This document shows, in pieces, positions 54,739 through 64,000 of a stretch of 64,000 nucleotides of DNA. The stretch is from NCBI GenBank assembly GCA_964016885.1, contig OZ024749.1, positions 1,054,001-1,118,000 of the forward strand, written 5' to 3'. How positions within the stretch are numbered: the stretch's first letter is position 1; every line of letters begins with the position of its first letter. The DNA is from Eledone cirrhosa (Eukaryota). A program made the position numbers and the translations under genes. Under the pieces are notes generated by a model. The model did no database searches, was not told the origin of the DNA, and saw only the letters and a list, made by a program, of their open reading frames with translations.

Positions 54739-55146
54739 TTCATCAACATAAATTTTCAAAAAATTTCCTATGAAATTATGATAGTTTTAAATTTAAATAT
54801 GATTACTTTCAAATGGCTTTGTTCCATATAAGAAGGTGAATTGGTATGGAAAGAATCTAAAGTGAATTGGTAAAGAGTCAGGTCCACCACTGCTAGTAAA
54901 ACAACAATTATATACACTTCTTTATCTCTCCACAAGAGCTATCTAGAGTTAGAGAAACATCATTTAAAAATCAGTTTTTCCTATAATTTGATGCCATTTA
55001 TTTCCATATGGTCTATATTTATGGTGGTTAGTGTTGGGCATCCAGTCATGAATCTTCTGATTTGAGAAGGTTGACTGCATGGAAACAGTGTGACACCTGT
55101 TGTAAGAACACTCACTCACCCTTCAACATCATTACTACATATCTGA

Positions 55147-55212
55147 GCAGTAGCAGTAGTAGTGGTAGTAGTAGTAGTAGTGGTAGTAGTAATAGTAGTA
55201 GCAGTAGCAGTG

Positions 55213-55246
<34 letters not shown>

Positions 55247-55458
55247 CAGTAGTAGCAGTAGTAGCAGCATTAGTGGTAGTAGTAGCAGCAGTAGTGGTGG
55301 TAGTAGTAGCAGCATTAGTGGTAGTAGTAGAGGTAGTAGCAGCAGTAGTAGTAGTAGCAGTAGTAGTAGTAGTAGCAGCAGCAGTAGTAGTAGTAGTAGA
55401 GGTAGTAGCAGCAGCAGCAGTAGTAGTAGTAGAGGTAGTAGCAGCAGTAGTAGTAGCA
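55147..55458. repeat. (AGT/AGC)n trinucleotide repeat
   Basis: Direct observation. Confidence 0.95.
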
Positions 55459-57689
55459 TTTCTCTAGTGTAAAACCACAAGTTCATTGGTTGATTACTGC
55501 ATAGATATAATTTCAATAGATTTTTGAGAACTTTCCAAACTGTGTCTTGTAAAGTTTGGTATTTAGAAAATAAATAAACTGTTGATCGGTGGTGGTGGTG
55601 GTGATGACGATGGTGGTGATGGTGATGGTGATGATGATGGTGATGATGATAAAGATGTTGGTGATGATGATATGGGTGATGATAATGATGATGGTGGTGA
55701 CGGTAATGATAAAGCAATGACTGAAATATCTAAACTATTTCTCAGTGCAGGTTTCACAAAACACATTTCAGACGAATGTCATACTTTTGAAACTAAATAT
55801 TGCTACAAAAACCATCTCACAGACAATCATCACCATCAGAATCATCATTATCGGCATAATTGTTGTCTTTGGCATCATCATCATTTTACGGTTGTTTTTC
55901 ATGCCGACATGGGTGTGTGACAAGTACTTAGAGTATCAGCAATAGAAAGACTAATGGAAGAATAGTTTCCTTGTATCTGACTGTTCCTAGAAACAGCAAT
56001 TCATTCATCATAGAATGAATTAAAAGATTTAGAACTTGTATTATGAAATCTATTCTAAAAATTATGAACAATCCAGTAAACAAGGTATTATTTTTTATAT
56101 ATGTTTAATAACCAATCTATAACATGTACGTAAATCTTACGTTAACTTTGCCTTTCATCCTTATGGGGTCGATAAAATAAAGTACCAGTAATGCACTGGG
56201 GTAAATCTATCAACTTTCCCCTCCCCATGCTTTTAATGAAAGACACTGTTTATCATTTTGAAATAATTTTGAAAATTATCAAGAATTTTGAGAGATTTTC
56301 AGAGATTTAGTAATATAACTTTCTGATTATTAATCTGGTGTTTGGAGCATAACTTAAAGATCCTTACATAAATCATAATGGAAGACTAAGATAAACATGT
56401 ATTATGTGTGTATGGTCCGGTAACTCCTGATAGAGTCATAGGGACCCCGTATTGAAATACAGCATTTCTTGGGCATTTTTAAGCCTCGCAGAGCCCACCC
56501 CTCTCCAGACCTAAGTACAGCAGATTTCTTCCAGAGAAAGATAGAAAAAAGAGGAAATGAGAAAGATATATAGAGGAAGAATCCATCCCAATACTAGACT
56601 GGTACTTTTTTTATCGATTTGAAAGGACGAAGGGCAAAGTTGACCTTGGCAGAAATTGAACTCCAAGAGTAGAGAGATGGAACGCAACCATAAAGCATTC
56701 TATCTGACGTTCTAACGACTGTCAATTTACCACCTTAGATAAATATAAACAATGTAAAACAATTTTGTATCATAGAACCAGCAATGGTTTCAGATAGTTT
56801 GGTATCAAAATGGTAAAATACATAAGGGTAATTTTTCAAAATATTTGACTGTTAAATTTATTCAAATCAGTTCATTTTAATAATTAATTTCCTAAATACC
56901 ACTTAAATATTTGCATACTGTCACTCAAAGGTTTTAAAAGGTTTTTTAAAAATTATTTTCTTCTTCAATAGCTGATTAGTCTCTCCCTTCCCCATGCTCC
57001 TAACAATTTTAATTTGAAGCCTCCCTCAATGTTGTTTTTCAATATTTAACCCTCTCATTGACATATTTTTTTCAATATTTAACCCTTTCATTGCCATATT
57101 TTTGTCAATATTTAACCCTTTCATTGCCATATTTTTGTCAATATTTAACCCTTTCATTGCCATATTTATAATGAAATATGGAGAAACTAATCAAGAATTT
57201 GCAGGGATTAAATAATATAACCATCTTCCTTAAACTGGTGTTTAAAATTATGATTGAAGGTTTTTAAATGAATATTAACCACTTTAAAATAATCACAGAA
57301 CCTGGCTCAGTTGAACATATTTTTGGTTGTATTTTATATCGATTAAGCATTTTTTAAAACTCTTAACATCCTGTAATGACTTAGCAGAACACATCTAAAA
57401 AGGTGTTAATTCAAATGTCTATGATATCGTTATTAGTGGACAAATCATTGTGAAAATTTGCAGTAAACTAAAGACTTCAATTTTTTAATGTGATGCAGTC
57501 ATGATGTTTTATACTTTTCAAGAATGCCTTGTTAATGTGGTTCCATGTGGCACAGGACATTAAGAGTTAAAGTTAGTATATAAGCTGCTATAAACACTTG
57601 TACATATTGTAGGGTATTTGTTAATGAATAAATATACACTCTGCATACATGTATTGAATTCTTTCTGTCAGTTGTAGTTTTCTCCTTTA

Positions 57690-58480
57690 CCCACATATTT
57701 CTGTGATGGTCATGGGGACAGGGTTCTCAAACACTCCTAGCAGGTGCTGTGAGAAGCAACCATATTCAATTGATCCGGATGGATCCCCAAACAAGACCGA
57801 CTGAGCTCATGGATGTTAGCCAACCATCTTGCTTGGGGTCTACCCCTGGGTCTCCTGCCAGTTGGTTTTGCCCATAACTATGTTCAGTGATTATTTCCTG
57901 AAACATTCTAACCACGTGCCCATAGTATTGGAGCTGTGATCTTCCAATTCGGAGAAGTAACAGCTCTATTTAGCACGACTCTGATCTCTGACTCTATTGA
58001 GTAATGTTAATCCAAATACCCTTTGCATTAACATTTCAGCAGCTTCTCGATCATATTCTTTTGGTCATTACCCAAGATTCATGTCCATAGATAAGGGTTG
58101 GCACAAATACCAAATTGAAGATGGTGAGTTTGGCTTTTACACCTTCCTCCCTTCCTCTGATGACTGAATGCTGAAGCTGACACATTACTGCACAAGATCC
58201 TGCAATTCTTGCACTTAATTCAGCCTCCTGCCCTTCATCACTCATAAACACAGCCCCAAGATACCTGAACTTCTCCACCTGCTTCAGTGGGACTCCATTC
58301 ACATGTAGAGTGCACTGCGCAGGCTTCCATGCGGCACCTGGCAACAAACCTATCAAGTGCATGTTGGAAATCACTTTCTGATGAAATAAGTAGTCACATG
58401 TCATCTGAAAATTCCAGCTGATTGATGCTACACCTGCCAGTCTTGATACCACTCTAAATCTGGCTGTCCATGTCAATCCA
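57690..58480 (-). mobile_element. Decayed RTE/RTEX-like LINE 3' region
   Basis: QVEKFRYLG, PTLIYGHESWVMT; GRRPRGRP-type tail. Confidence 0.8.
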
Positions 58481-58789
58481 GTTCATGAAGGTAACAAGAA
58501 AGGTAACAGTAATAGTTTACTTAAAAAATAAACTTTTGGCTTAGAATATAAATATAGTATGTCATTCCATTGTATCATGGTTGTTACAACAAGTACACTG
58601 TATCTCTGTCTGTCCTAAGTTGTGGTGTGGAGGAAGGGTATGCCACTCTAAAATAGTACAGAATACTACCACAAAGCCCCCCCCCCTCATGCCAATTCAA
58701 TATGTGCAATAAACTTAAATTAACATTAGTTATGGAGGTTTTACTAATCTCTCTCTCTCTATCTATCACAAATAGTGCTAAGTTCAATA

Positions 58790-59545
58790 TCTTGATAGCG
58801 GACCTGGTAAGGTGATGAGAAATGGGTCCTGCATGTGTGATCCAACAGACTTAAAGAGACACATACAACACTTTATCCACCACATGCAGTTCTCTGCTTA
58901 TAACCAAAGAAACAAGATCAGGGTATACAAAGGAGCCATGGCTAAATTCAAAACCATTATGGAGAATCATATGAATAAGATTTACCCACTCTACAGGAGC
59001 AAATCCTGGAATAGAGGGAAGGCCAACTCATGGTATGACTGCCAACAATACCAGAGTGTCATGTTTGTTGATGCTACCTCTAGAGGTGAACTAGTGTATC
59101 GTTTTGGAAGAGCTTTAGAAAGAAATGAACGTTAGGATTAAAGTAGTGGAATAACCTGGAACTACCATAAAACCACAGATCAGTAGGACATACCCCTTTA
59201 GGAAAACCCCTGTACTGATAGAAACTGAATAGTCTGTAAGATAAACTGTAAAACTAGAAATGTAGTTAAGATGTACAGAGGGACGATGCAGAAACAAGAC
59301 AACAACATACATAGGAGAGACAGCCCATAGCATAGAAGAGAGATTAAAGGAATACTAGCGAGAACTTAAAAAGGAGAAAAGCTCCTCAGTGCTATAGCAA
59401 CATACCAAACTAGAATATGAGGGCTCAATAGATAACATAGAAATAAATATCCTATCAACACATAGAATTGATGCAATACTCAGATAAATTACAGAGGCCA
59501 CTCACATAATAGAAGATAGTTCTAGCCTGAATAGAAAACATGAGT
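58790..59545 (+). mobile_element. Highly decayed Penelope-like C-terminal/GIY-YIG fragment, third lineage
   Basis: PLYRSKSW, SVMFVDAT..GEL, then VYK..C..TYIGETA..I.ER pattern with stops. Confidence 0.6.
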
Positions 59546-60490
59546 AGAATAGTAACAACCAACAACTTGATGACTGAAGGCAGAATAACGACACAACAAA
59601 ACAGAAAATGATACAAACCAACATACATGAAACATAAAAGTTGCACCACAAACAAAGACAAGATGGTGTAGACATTTAAGACCAGAAAAAGAAGAGGCAC
59701 AAAACATAATCATTGAGGAGGTCACAGAATGTGTGACAAAAGAACTTTGATAAGTGAATAACAAACAACAAAGATAAAGTGAAAATTATATGATGAGTGT
59801 ATGTTTCTTTCAATTGGCAATATGACCATCCCCAAATATAACAATAAATACATACATACATGTATATATAATTGCCAGGCACAATTTTGGAAATTAATCA
59901 AACTAGTTATTAGTCTATTTGCTGAATGTAAAGAATTTATAAAATCTTTTCTTCCTAAGGAACAGAAAATATAATTATGTTGCCAGACTTCAGATGCCAA
60001 AATGAAGCAATCAGTAAATCTTTATATATGCATAACATTGACGAAATTCTCATTATACACAAGTGAGGAGGAGATGTCTAATGCCTGTTAACTCATTTAA
60101 CCATTTCATTTACCCTACTTTTTCTTCACTCTCTCATTCCTTCAATCATCAGGGGGGCAGAGTTTTCTGACATGCCTTCTAGAGGATCCTATCAGAAGCA
60201 ACCACCTGCAAATGATCCAACTGGATTACAAAACAATATCAACTGAGCTTATGGATGTTATCCTACTACCTGCTCATGGTATGCCTCTCAGTAGCCAATG
60301 CCAGTAAAATCTGTCCAGCAATTCTTGCCTTAGAATCAGAGCTGTATTTCGATTCAGAGAAGTAGCAGTTCCACCTGGAGCAATCGGCAGTGTCTTTCAT
60401 TAGAAAAACACTACACAATAATTTTGAAAATAATCAAGAATTTGCAGGAATTTAATAATATAACCAACTTTCTCATTACATGCAGTGACA

Positions 60491-63400
60491 AGGTGTAGCT
60501 ATTGAATACCAGATGTATACCAGATGTAGCTATTGTAAACCAGATGTATGCAGGTGTAGCTATTGTATACCAGATGTATACCAGATGTAGCTATTGTAAA
60601 CCAGATGTATGCAGGTGTAGCTATTGTATACCAGATGTATACAGATGTAGCTATTGTAAACCAGATGTATGCAGGTGTAGCTATTGTAAACCAGATGTAT
60701 GCAGGTGTAGCTATTGTAAACCAGATGTATGCAGGTGTAGCTATTGTAAATCAGATGTATGCAGGTGTAGCTATTGTAAACCAGATGTATGCAGGTGTAG
60801 CTATTGTAAACCAGATGTATGCAGGTGTAGCTATTGTAAACCAGATGTATGCAGGAGTAGCTATTGTAAACCAGATGTATGCTAAGGTGTAGCTATTGTA
60901 AACCAGATGTATGCAGGTGTAGCTATTGTAAACCAGATGTAGCTATTGTAAACCAGATGTATACTAAGGTGTAGCTATTGTAAACCAGATGTATGCTAAG
61001 GTGTAGCTATTGTAAACCAGATGTATGCAGGTGTAGCTATTGTAAACCAGATGTATGCTAAGGTGTAGCTATTGTAAACCAGATGTATGCAGGTGTAGCT
61101 ATTGTAAACGAGATGTATGCAGGTGTAGCTATTGTAAACCAGATGTATGCTAAGGTGTAGCTATTGTAAACCAGATGCATGCAGGTGTAGCTATTGTAAA
61201 CCAGATGTATGCAGGTGTAGCTATAGTAAACCAGATGTATGCTAAGGTGTAGCTATTGTAAACCAGATGTATGCAGGTGTAGCTATTGTAAACCAGATGT
61301 ATGCTAAGGTGTAACTATTGTAAACCAGATGTATGCAGGTGTAGCTATTGTAAACCAGATGTATGCAGGTGTAGCTATTGTAAACCAGATGTATGCTAAG
61401 GTGTAGCTATTGTAAACCAGATGTATGCAGGTGTAGCTATTGTAAACCAGATGTATGCAGGTGTAGCTATTGTAAACCAGATGTATGCAGGTGTAGCTAT
61501 TGTAAACCAGATGTATGCTAAGGTGTAGCTATTGTAAACCAGATGTATGCAGGTGTAGCTATTGTAAACCAGATGTATGCAGGTGTAGCTATAGTAAACC
61601 AGATGTATGCAGGTGTAGCTATAGTAAACCAGATGTATGCAGGTGTAGCTATAGTAAACCAGATGTATGCAGGTGTAGCTATAGTAAACCAGATGTATGC
61701 AGGTGTAGCTATAGTAAACCAGATGTATGCAGGTGTAGCTATAGTAAACCAGATGTATGCAGGTGAAGCTATAGTAAACCAGATGTATGCAGGTGTAGCT
61801 ATAGTAAACCAGATGTATGCAGGTGAAGCTATAGTAAACCAGATGTATGCAGGTGTAGCTATAGTAAACCAGATGTATGCAGGTGTAGCTATTGTAAACC
61901 AGAAGTATGCAGGTGTAGCTATTGTAAACCAGATGTATGCTAAGGTGTAGCTATTGTAAACCAGATGTATGCAGGTGTAGCTATTGTAAACCAGATGTAT
62001 GCAGGTGTAGCTATTGTAAACCAGATGTATGCTAAGGTGTAGCTATTGTAAACCAGATGTATGCTAAGGTGTAGCTATAGTAAACCAGATGTATGCAGGT
62101 GTAGCTATAGTAAACCAGATGTATGCAGGTGTAGCTATTGTAAACCAGATGTATGCAGGTGTAGCTATTGTAAACCAGATGTATGCAGGTGTAGCTATAG
62201 TAAACCAGATGTATGCAGGTGTAGCTATTGTAAACCAGATGTATGCAGGTGTAGGTATTGTAAACCAGATGTATGCAGGTGTAGCTATAGTAAACCAGAT
62301 GTATGCAGGTGTAGCTATAGTAAACCAGATGTATGCAGGTGTAGCTATAGTAAACCAGATGTATGCTAAGGTGTAGCTATAGTAAACCAGATGTATGCTA
62401 AGGTGTAGCTATTGTAAACCAGATGTATGCAGGTGTAGCTATTGTAAACCAGATGTATGCTAAGGTGTAGCTATTGTAAACCAGATGTATGCTAAGGTGT
62501 AGCTATTGTAAACCAGATGTATGCAGGTGTAGCTATTGTAAACCAGATGTATGCAGGTGTAGCTATAGTAAACCAGATGTATGCAGGTGTAGCTATAGTA
62601 AATCAGATGTATGCTAAGGTGTAGCTATTGTAAACCAGATGTATGCAGGTGTAGCTATAGTAAACCAGATGTATGCAGGTCTAGCTATTGTAAACCAGAT
62701 GTATGCTAAGGTGTAGCTATTGTAAACCAGATGTATGCAGGTGTAGCTATTGTAAACCAGATGTATGCAGGTGTAGCTATTGTAAACCAGATGTATGCAG
62801 GTGTAGCTATAGTAAACCAGATGTATGCAGGTGTAGCTATTGTAAACCAGATGTATGCAAATGTAGCTATTGTAAACCAGATGTATGCAGGTGTAGCTAT
62901 AGTAAACCAGATGTATGCAGGTGTAGCTATTGTAAACCAGATGTATGCTAAGGTGTAGCTATAGTAAACCAGATGTATGCAGGTGTAGCTATAGTAAACC
63001 AGATGTATGCAGGTGTAGCTATTGTAAACCAGATGTATGCAGGTGTAGCTATAGTAAACCAGATGTATGCAGGTGTAGCTATAGTAAACCAGATGTATGC
63101 CAAGGTGTAGCTATTGTAAACCAGATGTATGCAGGTGTAGCTATAGTAAACCAGATGTATGCAGGTGTAGCTATTGTAAACCAGATGTATGCTAAGGTGT
63201 AGCTATTGTAAACCAGATGTATGCAGGTGTAGCTATTGTAAACCAGATGTATGCTAAGGTGTAGCTATTGTAAACCAGATGTATGCTAAGGTGTAGCTAT
63301 TGTAAACCAGATGTATGCAGGTGTAGCTATTGTAAACCAGATGTATGCAGGTGTAGCTATAGTAAACCAGATGTATGCAGGTGTAGCTATAGTAAACCAG

Positions 63401-64000
63401 ATGTATGCAGGTGTAGCTATAGTAAACCAGATGTATGCAGGTGTAGCTATAGTAAACCAGATGTATGCAGGTGTAGCTATAGTAAACTAGATGTATGCAG
63501 GTGTAGCTATTGTAAACCAGATGTATGCAGGTGTAGCTATAGTAAACCAGATGTATGCAGGTGTAGCTATAGTAAAGCAGATGTATGCAGGTGTAGCTAT
63601 AGTAAAGCAGATGTATGCAGGTGTAGCTATAGTAAAGCAGATGTATGCTAAGGTGTAGCTATTGTAAACCAGATGTATGCAGGTGTAGCTATTGTAAACC
63701 AGATGTATGCTAAGGTGTAGCTATTGTAAACCAGATGTATGCAGGTGTAGCTATTGTAAACCAGATGTATGCAGGTGTAGCTATAGTAAACCAGATGTAT
63801 GCAGGTGTAGCTATAGTAAATCAGATGTATGCTAAGGTGTAGCTATTGTAAACCAGATGTATGCAGGTGTAGCTATAGTAAACCAGATGTATGCAGGTCT
63901 AGCTATTGTAAACCAGATGTATGCTAAGGTGTAGCTATTGTAAACCAGATGTATGCAGGTCTAGCTATTGTAAACCAGATGTATGCAGGTGTAGCTATTG
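60491..64000. repeat. Large 30/32-bp minisatellite GGTGTAGCTAT(T/A)GTAAACCAGATGTATGC(A/TAA), >110 copies, runs off the window
   Basis: Direct tandem repetition. Confidence 0.98.

Noticed and set aside
55062-55920. Poly-Ser, poly-Leu, poly-His and poly-Asp ORFs
   Set aside because: Trinucleotide repeats without other coding evidence.
60502-63651. Cys-rich repetitive ORFs (CRCSYCKPDV)n resembling metallothionein or keratin-associated proteins
   Set aside because: By-product of a 30-bp unit; frames are broken at random by 32-bp variants; no splice or start context.

Overview
Repeat-rich, AT-rich animal genomic DNA; the SINE/RTE families and microsatellites suggest an octopus-like cephalopod (inference). 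The only host coding sequence I can support is one 59-nt exon of a Rab6 small GTPase on the minus strand (11368-11426). I found no neighbouring Rab6 exons, so the window is probably mostly two very large Rab6 introns. These are filled with RTE LINEs, tRNA-derived SINEs, Penelope-like elements (one near-complete, Naiad-like), a DD37D Tc1/mariner, piggyBac-type MITEs, Helitron and CRE-like fragments, and minisatellites. The most interesting hidden layer is a set of at least five type I hammerhead-ribozyme folds found by eye (13362-13412, 13618-13682, 20364-20421, 35178-35228, 40447-40557). One has a compensatory U3-A8 core inside a 318-nt terminally redundant retrozyme-like unit, and one has an overlapping antisense 17-bp hairpin that could switch it off. 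Boundaries of decayed repeats are approximate; no ribozyme activity is demonstrated.
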